Below, one piece after another: positions 26,576-39,612 of a stretch of 64,000 nt of DNA. How positions within the stretch are numbered: the first letter of the stretch is position 1; every line of letters begins with the position of its first letter. The notes below the pieces were generated by a model. It was given only the letters and a program-made list of their open reading frames with translations, searched no databases and was not told the origin of the DNA. The DNA lies in NCBI RefSeq assembly GCF_026210795.1, contig NC_089434.1, forward strand, positions 62,001 to 126,000, written 5' to 3'. The translations under genes were made by a program, and so were the position numbers. This stretch comes from Rhizophagus irregularis. Its lineage: Eukaryota.

Positions 26576-27765
26576 ATGAATAGTGATAATGTATCATCTA
26601 GTGATGAATCATCGTCATCATCCTCCTTCTCCTCCTCCTTCTTCTCCTTTTCTTCTTTTTCTTTTTTTTCTAAAAGTTCTTATAACATAATAAAAGCAAG
26701 TATTTAATTATTTTATATATTATTTCTGCTTTTATCCTATTTACATTTATCTATTATTTTACAGAAAGAAGTGTTTATTTGGAGCGACTTCAAGCTAAAA
26801 GACGTATACAGTATTAACTATGAGCTCACATGGGCTGAGCAAAAAGATAATATAATCACCAAGTTGCTTCCACCACTTTACAAACTTGTAAATAAAAAAT
26901 ATAAAGTCTCAAATAGTGATTTATTAAAGATGTTATATGGACGTTGGTGATCTCGCCATCACGTTAGTAATATTAGAAAGCAAGGAAAGCCCAAATAAAA
27001 CGTAACAAAAGAAGAGCAATGAAGAATTCAAGGATGCAAGATGTAAATTATTTAATTAACAGAAGCTATTAAATTTAGTTTTTTTTTTAAATTAATTATA
27101 TTGTGCTTTATAATTAACATTGTTAGAAAAAAAAGAATAATAAACGTGGCTAATTACCTAATACAAAACAAAGATAAGTACATTTGCCGATATCCTGAAA
27201 AGGATCTAGTTCAAATTTTAAAAGATTCAGGCTACCATTCCAAAGAATGGGAGAAAACTGACGAAGATGATGAAGATGATGAAAATGATGAAGAAGAAGT
27301 AGTCACAAAAAAAAATTTGATATATATTTATGAAAGATGTTGGACATCTCCTGCTGTATGTATATTTTATTATTTTTTATCAAAGTATAAACACTAATTT
27401 ATAGTTTAATTTCTTTATTTAAGCTTCAACGTTTATTACATGATCGTATTGATCCAATGGTAGAGTTATTAAGGAAAAAACCACCAAACTTAAAATGTAA
27501 AAGAGTTCTAGACAAAACAGAAATAGCTAGTGTGCCACCTGCTGGCGCACCAAGCTGGTGTTTGAATAGAAAAGCACTTGAAAAATTCAACCGTTTAACC
27601 AAAAATATCCCGGTTTATGATTATGATACTGATGAAAGCATTATTCAAGACAACAATGGTGCCGATGATGATGTTGATAATAATGTCGTAAATAACAAAA
27701 ATAACAACAAAAGGAAAAAAAAGAAAAATAAATCTAAATCAAAAAATAAAAAAGCAAAAAAATAA
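26576..27765 (+). pseudogene. Uncharacterised 'YHSPE' family gene, copy 3, divergent from transposase copy 2
   Basis: Ser-rich start, ..KNSRMQD|KKR..DSGYHSKEWEKTD..WTSPA|LQRLLHDRID..PAGAPSWCL. Same exon layout as copies 1 and 2; in-frame stops. Confidence 0.7.
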
Positions 27766-29285
27766 ATTTTACAATTATTACACTTTTGCCTAAATAGGTT
27801 TATCGTAAAAAATACTAATCAGACTTTAATAAAAATCAGAATTCAAACATTTTCATTTAATTTTTTTAATAATTGATTGATTAAATTAAAAATATCATGG
27901 TTTGATAAAGCTATAGATTACAGTTTATTTTTTATTAATAAACAAGTTACGGTACTGATTACTTTATTACAGTAACAATTTAATTACGAATAAGGTATTT
28001 AATAAGATATCAAAAACTGATTAATAAAATTTTCTATATTAACATACGATAAATTAGATTAATGAGCTAAATACGATAATATTATTTTTTCAAAAAAATT
28101 AAAATGAAAATATACACAAATTTTTGTTTTTGGTATGTAAGTCAAATTAAATTACTATATGCTTAAATCATAACTCATAACCCAAAGTTGAGAATTAACC
28201 GGGTACCTTGCTTTAGATTTAGCGACACTTCCCAAGTCAGATGAGGTGCCACAGGTACGCTTTAAGAAAACTCGCTATGATAATAAGGATAAGTATATTT
28301 GAAAATATCATTTATGAATGAACATAGGATACGATGAATAATCTCAAATAGAAAAATAAAAAATAAAAAAATAAAATAAAATAAAAATAAAAATATAAAA
28401 AATAAAATAAAATAAAATAAATATTTTCAATTAGACAAAGCATCCTCGTTCCTTCCTGGAATTCTTATTTGACTAAATTATTATTGTTTGTAATTTGATC
28501 CATTTGAATCCACCATAAATTGCCAGACAGGGCGAACCCTTATTAGACAATTATAGCTTCATCACCAAATGGCTGCGATGTGTTTAATGATATGGCAACC
28601 TGTTTAATTCATTTTTAAATGAGCAAACGTGGCCATAAAACTCATTAAAAAGGTAGGCTACAGAGTGCAATGCAACCTACCTAACCTAATAAGTAGGTCT
28701 AAGGGTTAGGGAATAAAATATACCCTAAACCCACTCAGTTGGTATGGAAATAAAAGTTTACAAATAGAAGTTTTAGACTGTGCCTGATGACAAAATGGGT
28801 GAGGTGCAATCAGGACTTTTTCCTCTAATTCAGCCCGGAATTATAGAGGCAACATTGTTATCGTACAAAGCACATCGACGAAAACGTCTCTTAAAGAAAT
28901 TAATCAATAAAGAGTATACTTGGGCAATAGCTGATCTTTATCATCACCCTATAAACTCCAAAAGGACAGTGATCAGCACAGGTATTTTGGCTTACGTATT
29001 TCTTTAAGGATTAATTAAATTGAAAGATAGGATCCAAATTCAATATGACTGAATCGATCGCCTCCGGTTATCAAACTTCCATCAGAAGTGATCGCTAGAA
29101 TCAAAGATACCAATAATCACCCTTATCAGTAACGATCAAACTAAAGATGTTGGAGAAATAAAATCCGTCATTTATATGGAATTAGTTTGTATTACAATTT
29201 TATTACGATTTGGGTAAAAAAAATATCTCCTTAAAATTTATTTTTTTTCAGGTATCCTGGCTATATGGAAAGATTCCTAATATGG

Positions 29286-29707
29286 AGGACCGTTAAAGCA
29301 GGGTAGAATCACGTGACTTTCGAAATTTTTCTTTTTTTTAAATAAAACTCTTTATTATATATAAAACCTTCCAAATAAACTTATACTAAGTGCATTTTGA
29401 CCTGTTCTGCAAGTTTACTTAGAGCACAAAATAAGGTTTAGAACACCGTTTTCGATTTATTCAACTTTTTCAATTTCGTTAAAATTGATCTATCCTTTTT
29501 TGGGTATGATCAGCAAAATTCGTTTGCTCATATGTAAAGTCAAAAACATTGTTCTTTTTCCACTTTTTCTCCCTAAGTAAACTTGTGGAGCAGGCCGAAA
29601 TACACTTATTTAACGATTTTTAAGTTTACTTTAATTTTAGTTTATAAAAAATTTATCAAATCATAATAATTTTAAATCACGTGATTCTACCCCGCTTTAA
29701 CGGGCCC
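29286..29707. mobile_element. MITE with TTAA-flanked core (29297-29696) and extra outer inverted repeats
   Basis: aggaccgttaaagcagggtagaatcacgtga / tcacgtgattctaccccgctttaacgggccc. Direct repeat cctaatatgg on both sides. Interior homologous to 56951-57337. Confidence 0.8.
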
Positions 29708-30199
29708 CCTAATATGGTAATAGTACAATACACTTTATACGCCATTTTGCAAATTCAGTGTAATAGTTTACAAAGAAAAAAGGGGAACGTATTTATTTTT
29801 TTGCCATGAGAAATTTAATTACAATAAGTGGATTTCAGAAAATCGCGGTAATTTGAATAATTTGTATATGCTTTTGATAACAGGTTTGAAGTTTAGGTAT
29901 TCTCTGGCCGCACTCTTGTATTACTATGATCACTGAGAGTTGGCTTGCTTATATAATAATCTTATCATTCAATATTTTCTAAAAAAGTAAATAAACATCA
30001 TCTATTTATAAGTATTCATGATTTGGAAAAACTCCGTATGAAGTTGAATCAAGCATTCCATAGCAATTATCTTTTTTCGTACACTGTATTACATTTTTAC
30101 AAAGTATAAAGCGTACAAAGCCAATACCAAATAGGCAGAAATCAGTAGCTGTTTTCTATACTACGATAATATTAAATAAACACACAAATTTTTTTAAAG

Positions 30200-30434
30200 A
30201 TTGTACAAATATCAGTGACCGATATATATTAGATAACGGATCGGTGACTAATAGTTTGGATATCAGACACTTGGTAATTTACATTTTTTTTAACCATATT
30301 TGAAATTTGCGCATTATGTGACAAATCGGGTACTCGATATGTTGTTAATATGTAAAAATGCCCGATATGTACCTAATTAGTCACCGATATATAGGTATCC
30401 GATATGTATGAGATAGATCGTTTTTTGACCTGTG
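30200..30434 (-). mobile_element. Terminus (TIR plus subterminal repeats) of the outer CACAG element
   Basis: ...ttttttgacctgtg at 30434 (revcomp CACAGGTCAAAA), preceded by accgat/atcggt repeats like those of the inner element. Confidence 0.75.
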
Positions 30435-33284
30435 AATACATGGCTGTTTTCTGTATAGCAGCATTAGGAGGCGAAGTAAAGTCAGTTACAATAATCTCTT
30501 CAATAGGTCTTTAAAGAATTTGGTTAGTTTGAATAGATCTTGGATTTTAAGATGAACTGGATTGTGATTGATTAATATACATAAAACCTTGGATTGGAAT
30601 TGGAGTTGTCAAGTATTCTCTGATTTTGCTTTTAATATCTTTCTCAGGTTTATATTAAATTTCTTTCTATACATTATTACTTTCTGTACACAAACTAATT
30701 TTTTAATATACTAGTATAGGGTTTTTTACATTTACCATACAATGATATTCAAAAGTATTGCAAAACCTTTAGTATTAGTTTATAGAAGTTTTATAAATAT
30801 AAAATTTATTGTATTTCAGTGTAGTTAGAAAAGACTGCATGTTAAAGTCTCAAATATAAAAATTTTTTACAAGAATTTTCAATGATCAAAATTTCACAAA
30901 TCACGTTAGATAAGAGATTACTGGATTATCATATATATTAAAACTTATTTTTTTTTGCGATATATTGATAATACATGTAATTTTAAAATTTTTGAATTCA
31001 TTAATATATTTTAAAATAAATAAATATTTAAAAATAACTTTTGCGTTATAAAATTAAAAAAGTTTTTATATAAAAATAAAGTATTACATTTTGTATTAAT
31101 AAAAAAAAGATTTAAATGATATCAAATTGATTACATAATAATAAATCTTACAAGAGGAAAAGAGGACAGCTTTAACCCTATAATGACATAATATGTGTCA
31201 CTTTCCTTATTGTAAAAATTGGCAAATCTTACGCAAATAGTTCAAATAGTTAAATCTTACAACAGAAATAAGCTTTTTATATGTATCAAATTTATAAGCT
31301 TCATTTTTTTCACTTGAATATTTTGTTTGAAAAACATACTTTTATTTTTTTTCACTTGAATATTTTGTTTGGAAAACATACTTTTGAGATTGTTGCAAAT
31401 ATGATTTCAAAACTAGAAGGTCCAGAAGAATTAGAAAACCTGTATTTCAAAATACAAAGCATCCTTAAATCACATAATCTTGTTTAAAAGAATTTTACAA
31501 GCAGTGAATACTAATCTACGTTAACATATTCTTACTGTTTAGTAGTATTATTTAAGGATGACCAAGCCTTATTTATCTTATGTTTTAACTCTATTTTAAT
31601 GTTTGATATGTATTTAAGAAAAAAAGATTTGGAGATTTTTATTAAGATTGCAAGAACATATGTTACCAATATCCAATTAGCGGTATCTTATGAAAATGAT
31701 CAAATTGCACTCTTTGAAGTAAAATACAGTGAAACTATTAAAAATTTGGCATTTACATTATGTAAATTTGAAAAGAACTGTTGTGAACAATGCGGTAAGT
31801 TTTTCTTTACAGACTCAATCTATTTGAAATATTAGTACCCCTATAGTATTTCTTATATATAGATAATTCTTTAAATCTTGATCATTCAGACATCATATAT
31901 AAAGGTATTTCAAAAACTTGAGATAGACGTGATATTATTTGCAATTTCTGTATTCTTAACAATCTTTAGTTGTGGTATGGAAATGAGAAAAATATTTAAT
32001 AATGTACTGATGTGAACAGTGAACCTATTCATAATTTATTATTTATTCCGCATTCTGATAATAATGAGAAAAATAATTATAACTATTTTGACAACAAGAA
32101 ATTGATTAAAAATTAATTATTCTGGTAGGATTTGTTGAAAGAAAGAAAACATTTGAAATTTAATTCAATTTCGTTCAATTATGGCATGTGGGAAACTAAA
32201 TAAGTAAGATCAAAGGACAAATACATACAAAACTTTTATGGTCATATTCATCTTAACTTTAATGATATAGATTAGGAGAATTTAAAAACTAAGATTTCTG
32301 AGGATTTTAATTTTTCATCATTAACTATTTATTGTATAAGTTTGATGTTAATAGTTTGAAATTTTTCTCAGTCAAATAATTTTTTTAAAAACTGTCTTAA
32401 ATTAGAATGTTTCGGTTACAAATAGTCAAACCATAGTTGATGGTAGAAAATTTAATCAAACTTACAGGAAAGGTAGATAATATCATTATAGCTCTTTCTG
32501 TAACTAATAAAAAAATATCCACACTTATCGATTTGTTAACAAAAAAACATAGTGTATAATTTGCAAAGTTTTACCATTTTCACATATGATTTTTGCTTTT
32601 TCTTTTTTATCAGTTATATTTTTTTTATCTAACCTTTTCTCTGTACTTTAAAGGCTATTACATGTATATTCTATATGAAGAATACTTGAAAAAAAAAATA
32701 TCACATAATAATACATAGCAATATTAATATAAAGATTTCTTTATATCATCTCATATCATTAGTATATATTTTTTCTAACAAAATATACTTCAGTGAAAAT
32801 ATTTTGGATTTTAGGCTGCACATTAACTATATGTCTTTTATTAACTTTGTTTTCTATTATTATTTGTTCTTTACCTTGTTAGCAAGCAATTAATATGAAG
32901 TTAGTTTGGATTAGTCTTAGTTGATTTGGATTGATTTTACTTTAAATTTCACTTTTTATTTATAATTAGTGTATAGAATTTAATAAAGTTTAAAAATAAT
33001 ATACAGTTTCTCTTTACCATAAAAAAAAAAGAAATAATTTTAATTTTTGACTTTTAATTTCCATATGGGCCGATCCTTGGAATCTAATTTTTTTACACAA
33101 AAATAATTTTATTAAAGCAAATATAAATTATCATTTATATAAGAATAATAAATTTATACTAGATAATGCAAAAAAAAACTAATTAATTATATAATTTTTA
33201 TTTTTTTTTAATATAAGATATCATTAAAATTTAAAAGATCAAATATAACTCTCATGACAAAATCATTGATAATTCTTCGTAGAA

Positions 33285-33890
33285 ATAAGCTATACAAATA
33301 AATTTACATTCATTTGAAAGAGAAAATCGAGATCTATCTAATGAATCTAAAATCAAGTGAATTGAATCACTAGTTGTTCAGTAATCATGTTCAGTATATT
33401 TATTGAATTTTATCTAAATTTGATCATTAATTACTTCACATGTAGTGATTCAATTTGAATGATCTTTGCTCCCTAAGGTGATGCCAACTTTTATCTTTAA
33501 AATAAATTTAAAATAATTCGTTTAATATATGTAGATGTTTAGGAATCATCAATTATATTATTAATATAAAATTTTATAAGTTTGATAAAATCTGATATAA
33601 AAAAATTTATTAAATACCTGTAGATGCAAGCTACACGAATGAAATTATATTCATTTGAAAGAGAAAATTGAGGTCTATCTAATAAGCCTAAAATCGAATG
33701 AATTGAATCACTGGATTGTGAATAATTACGTCTAATATATTTATTTTTAATTTTTAAATTTGATTTGACTTTGATCGTTAATTACGCCTCGTCCAGTGAT
33801 CCAATTTTCCTGATCTTTGATTCTTACGATTGAGCAAATTCTCAGCTTTCAAATGAATATAAAATGATGACGTTAGCATATCTCCGGGAA
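33285..33890. repeat. Degenerate palindromic MITE-like repeats (duplicated module)
   Basis: catttgaaagagaaaat..aaaatc..attgaatcac at 33311 and 33652, with inverted copies (..ctttcaaatgaat at ~33846). Termini not resolved. Confidence 0.55.
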
Positions 33891-36087
33891 TAATAATGCA
33901 CGATTTTGTCACCTGCATAAAGTCCGATCTGAAAATTTTATTTCTTACCAAAAAATGCTTTTATAAGAGAATCCCAAATTCTTTTACTTTATTTAAAAGA
34001 TTTTATTTGCCATTTAAGGATTTTAGTAGAATAAATCTAATAAAATAATTTTAAAAGATAAAAAACAAATATATAATTAGTTATTTTGAAAAAAAAGAAT
34101 ATCTTATTATTCATTTTACAACTATTTTACATCATAATTATTTTTTATTTGCATGTATTTTTTACAAAGAAAAAACAATAAATTAAAGCTAAAAATTATG
34201 AAAAAATATGTCTTATCTATGTATATAAAATATTAAGTTTTTTCTTTTACTTACCACTTAAAAATAACTGCTATATTTGCTTATAAACTTTTTTGTCATA
34301 TTTAATAAAAGTGAATAGAAAAATGATGGAAAAGTAATGGGCAGTGATGGGGAAAAAGAAGTGGTTATTACCATTATTTTTGAATATTGATTAAAAAATT
34401 TTTTTTATTTTTTATTAAATCTGAGTTACGTAAATATGTAACACATATTTAATTTAGATTTGTGTAATGTTAATTTTGCTAAAATATTAAATTTTTATAA
34501 AAATCTTAATTTAGACTAATTCCAAAAATTGGCATATATGCAATTTATATATAATATTGACCTTATTTCTTTTGTGTTTAGTGCCTAATTTGCAATAGTT
34601 CATGTCAATTTTGAATCTCCTGATAAACTGAATTAACATCTAATCAGTTTTTAACTATAATAATAGCATTGTTGATCCTGCAGGCAGTCAATATAATAAA
34701 ACAGGAAAAACAGAAAAAAAGTAATGATATTACTTCTATTTCATGAGAAACTATGTTATTATTTATTGAATCATATAATTGTACTTATCATGAATTATCT
34801 AAGACGTTTTTTTTTTACATACAATATATAAGAAAATATTTCTAAATCTGATAATATGATGAAGACTTGTTAAAATTATAATCATGAATCTTATAAAAAA
34901 CTATTAGTGCAATACAGATTTACTGATGTTATTAATTTGAATAAATTTTTTTGAGGCTTCATCTACTTATATTAAGACAGACAACATACATTTAAATCTT
35001 TTATTATAATCAAGAAATTAACTTTTATGAAAAAAATAAAATAAGAATGTACTTACAAATGACTTTTATATATTTTTCAATTGCTTTTTTGCATTCTGAT
35101 GTCATTTTAACACTAGCTATGTACAACCATTTAAGAGTAACATCTTGTGTTGACCATTTCATTTTGTGAACTTTTGCATTCTACCTTAGTTTATAACCAC
35201 TAATTGCAGTTAGTTTGTTAAATGTGATCCCTCCCAAAAATTCAGATGCTCTTTCAATTCTAATATGCACATTTCGATTGATGCTCCTGTCCATTAACTT
35301 TTTAATTGTGTCAACTCAATTACTTTCAAATAATGTTATATTGTAGTGATACAGAAGGCAGGTATATCATTCAGATATCATCTCGCAGACATCATCAGTG
35401 GCATCTCAGAGGTTCTCGTTATAACACATTATTTTTGTATCATTTCTTGTATCTTTAGAAAAATAAAATCATATAAAAGTATTGAAAGTACTTTGGGTGG
35501 ATTGAGCCATTGAGGAATATTTACCTCTTTTAAGGATGATTATATTACTACAAATATTAACATCCTCATTCTGAGACTTTTCTTGTATACTCAGTTTATA
35601 GAATGTAACTTTATCACTTAATTGAATATGACTTGATCTGTTTGGATTTATGTTCACATCATTCCAGCACTTCCCAATCTTCTCAAAAATTTTTTTTTTT
35701 CCATTTTCTAATGAGTTGGAGAGGAGGACTATAATAATGAAAGATAGCCTGAATATATATTAATCTCACGTGACTGTTTTAGCAACACATAAAAAAATTG
35801 AAATTATTTTTATCTCAATGCATTTAAACACTCTTACACTCACTCAGTGTAGTTGACTTTATTCAAAAGCATCTTGATGTCATTGATGCATATAATTCGA
35901 TTTAGTCCATAATAAGAAAGGGAAATGTTTCTATACAGCATATTTCAGTCTTGATGACCTGCTTTCTCACATTTGCTCAAAACTAGAATAACACTATTCT
36001 GCTAATTTCCTGAAATAATTTCTTTAAAAATAATCTCTAATTTGCTCTTGCTATTTGTTTTCTGCAATCTTAATATCACGCCTAGCA

Positions 36088-37495
36088 TAAAGCTCCACAT
36101 GAGCCGAGCCGGCTCACGAGCTGGCTCGAGTTTTTCAATCTAAGCCGAGCTGAGCCACGATTAAATTGGCTCAGTGGCTCGCGAGCCAGCTTGAAATGAG
36201 CACAGTGATAGGCTATTTCAATCAAGCCAGTAATAGGCTCGGCTCAAAAAGCTCGAGCTGGCTTGAGTTATCATACTAAAAACATTGCGAAAATGTTTTT
36301 TGTATAATATTATATTAAAAAAACGTTTCGCAACATTTTTTTAATTCTTTAATAAAAAAACATTGCGAAAACATTTTTTTCACTATATTATATTGAAAAA
36401 AAATGTTTTGCAACATTTTTTTAATTCTTTAGTAAAAAACATTGCGAAAACGTTTTTTTCACTATATTATTTTAGAAAAAAACGTTTCGCAACGTTTTTT
36501 AAATTCTTTAGTAAAAAAACGTTGCGAAAACGTTTTTTCACTATCTAATATTAAAAAAAAACGTTTTGCAACGTTTTTTTAAGTTCTTTAATAAAAAAAC
36601 GTTATGAAAACATTTTTTTCACTATATTATATTAGAAAAAAATATTTTGCAACGTTTTTTTAAGTTCTTTAATAAAAAAACGTTGCGAAAACATTTTTTA
36701 ACTATATTATATTGGAAAAAAACGTTTGCAACATTTTTTTTAATTCTTTAGTAAAAAGCGTTGCGAAAATGTTTTTTTCACTATATTATTTTAGAAAAAA
36801 ACGTTTTCGCAACATTTTTTAAATTCTTTAATAAAAAAACATTGCGAAAACGTTTTTTTCACTATATTATATTAGAAAAAAATGTTTCGCAACGTTTTTT
36901 TAAGTTCTTTAATAAAAAAATGTTGCGAAAATGTTTTTTTCACTATATTATTTTAGAAAAAAATGTTTCGCAATGTTTTTTTAAGTTCTTTAATAAAAAA
37001 ACGTTGCAAAAACGTGTTTCGCAACGTTTTTTTTAATTCTTTAGTAAAAAATGTTGCGAAAACGTTTTTTTCACTATATTATTTTAGAAAAAAATGTTTT
37101 CGCAACGTTTTTTTTAAATTCTTTAGTAAAAAAATGTTGCGAAAACGTTTTTTTCACAATATTATATTAGAAAAAAACGTTTTGCAATGTTTTTTTAAGT
37201 TCTTTAATAAAAATTTTGCGAAAACGTTTTTTTCACAATATTATTTTAGAAAAAAATGTTTCGCAATGTTTTTTTTAATTCTTTAATAAAAAAATGTTGC
37301 AAAACGTTTTTCTGAAGATAAAGCTCGAACCTGGCTTGGCTCGAGCCATCGAAAATCATCGCTCGGCTCAGCTCACTTTAGCTTGAGCTGAAATTTTTAT
37401 GGCTCGGCTTATTCTGGCTCAGGCCAGAATTTTTTTTTTTGAGCTGAGCCGAGCCAGACTGTGGCTCGGCTCAAGCTGGCTCATGCGGAGCTTTA
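36088..37495. mobile_element. hAT-type non-autonomous element with an internal ~80-bp tandem array
   Basis: TIR taaagctcc(a/g)catgagcc; 8-bp TSD gcctagca; gagcc/ggctc subterminal repeats; ~13 units at 36280-37310. Confidence 0.92.
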
Positions 37496-37589
37496 GCCTA
37501 GCATAATATCCACTCTACTTTTCTTCCAATTCCTTGATTCTGGATTTAACCTCCTTAATTTCATAATCAGCTCATCCAGAACTTTCTTC

Positions 37590-37990
37590 TGATCTTCTCC
37601 AATTATTTCAAATTCAGGCCTCATGCTAAATTTCTCCTCCATTAAGTCTCCTGTGATATGAAGGAAGGTATGAAGTATGGTGGAGACATATTCATTGTGT
37701 ATAGATTCCAAACTATTCACGACCAATAATCCATAATGTTTTATTCAAAATAAAAATATCATTCATACAATGTTCAAAATATTTATTATTGTCCTGAATT
37801 TCGTGGATCTGAAGGAAAAATAATAGAATAGTTTTTGTGCCATTAGAGTCAATGCAGTATTTCTCCAACACCTCCTTTAAACTGCGATAGGTTGAAAGTA
37901 AACATTTCTTTTTTCTTGCAAAGTCCGCTAACCTTTTCACTGCAAACAATTTCCAAGTCCATCTTTGTTAAGTTCCAAGTCCTTCTTATA
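37590..37990 (-). pseudogene. Fragment of a Crinkler-associated REase-fold-like family gene
   Basis: YRSLKEVLEKY..FEHCMNDI..SLESIHNEYVSTILH..FSMRPEFEIIGED resembles an expanded glomeromycotan family (from recall); frameshifted. Confidence 0.45.
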
Positions 37991-38329
37991 CAAAAAATTG
38001 ATAAGTTCTGCTGTATTATATTTTTTTATTTCATCTGCTAACATGAGACAGAGACAAGGCAGGTGTGTTTGACTATTTTTTTTCTGAGAAAAATGTGAAA
38101 AATTAATATATCGTACAGATCTGCTGTTCTATTTTTCTTTTGTAACACAAAATAGGAGATATGCATGTGGCTTGACAAAAAAATTTTCCAATCACCATTG
38201 CATAATATCCTGATTATTAGCGAAGAAGAAAAAAATCTGAGTAAGGTGATCACTGATCACTGATCACTGCTCCTGTGCTCCGGACTGGTCTTAGAAAATA
38301 TGTTCACTCACTATCTAAATCTGACCAAT

Positions 38330-39010
38330 TAGACAATATTTTGATCAAGCCTTTTCATTACTTTTCTACTTCTACAGAGCTCTAAGCCAAGGTATTTTAA
38401 GTTAAGACATGAATAAGCAATTTCTACAATAGATGAATTACCAATCTTATACTGACCGAGGTCAATATGTTTAAGTTAGGACATGAATGCACAATAGCAT
38501 GAATACTTAAATCAGTAACTTATATATATTGAGATGCTTTAATATTTCACTATTACTTTTATAGTAGTATCAGTAATATTACGACAATTCCATAGATCTA
38601 AATATCTAAGGTTTCGCTATAAACGTGCAAAAATACATATTATGTCTTCCAAGGTCAAGCTGCTCTAATTTATGACATATTTCCTTACATATGAATAGGA
38701 ATTATATAAAAAGGTGTCACCCGGTATGGCATGTATTATTTACTTCTTATGACTATCATAATGTCCAGTAAAGTAGAGTTAAATACGCAGTAATATTATA
38801 GTAATTATTACATGTATCATAGGAACAAGTAATTGTGTGAAATAATTTATTCTCAAACTTTCTTGCACATTCTCAAAATTATGTATAGCCCCTTGATGAT
38901 CTTTACATATGGATTTATTATTGTTAAATTAAGGGGATGCCATTGATCAGATTTTCATAATGTGTTCATATTAACGTAATTTTCCCAAAAACGTATTCCA
39001 AGATCGATCC
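38330..39010 (-). pseudogene. RNI-like/F-box LRR pseudogene fragment
   Basis: Minus translation NLRYLDLWNCRNITDTTIK and LKHIDLG..IGNSSIVEIAYSCLNLKYLGLELC, with stops. Confidence 0.6.
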
Positions 39011-39612
39011 TGCAAATTGTATAAAAAGGTGATGCCTTAATTAGTGAATCCTTTTTTCTGCCTCATGCAAGTAAAATAAAAATCAATCAAAGCTAATCAA
39101 ACCAATCTAACCTACCATTATTTGCATTAATAATATCTCTAATCAACCAAACAAAGTAATAATAAAGTAAGTTGGTTTATTATTCAGCTAGATTCTAGAA
39201 ACATGTCATCATGACATTAATTGATTTTCCCGCCTCTATAGATGTTCCAAAATAAAACGTATATATTACTCTTATTGTTATATATCAGCATTTTGATCTT
39301 TACCGAGAAAATCTTTGATAATCAGCACGTGTATAATAGGTGCAATGAAATTACTCACATGAATCTCATCACATGCAACAGTACAGCAAAAGTCTGGCAC
39401 AGTATATCAAATGGCATAAGCATCTTCACGTGCCGAATTCTTGAAACTTTGCGCAGTATCATGCAGAAAAAATCAAGTAATCAATTCCTTGTATATGAGG
39501 TGGAATGGAATATTGTGAAAATGAAGTATATCGGTAAGTGGGAATTGGAAATACTGTATTATTTTTTTTTACCTCAGTTGCTAATCTCAGCTAATTCTTC
39601 CTTTGTTCCTGA

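Noticed and set aside
28235..28275. Hammerhead ribozyme (cagatgag..gaaa)
   Set aside because: Core CUGANGA and a correctly placed GAAA are absent.
28703..28732. Telomeric TTAGGG repeat
   Set aside because: Single unit that forms part of a hairpin.
31172..31200. piggyBac-like TTAACCCT end
   Set aside because: No partner TIR or transposase found.
30440..35900. Short ORFs (31281, 31599, 35469) as genes
   Set aside because: AT-rich decayed sequence with no recognisable motifs.
36363..37286. ORFs in the tandem array, and antisense ORFs such as 5767-5949, 25496-25778 and 42222-42578
   Set aside because: Products of low-complexity repeats or shadows of opposite-strand genes.
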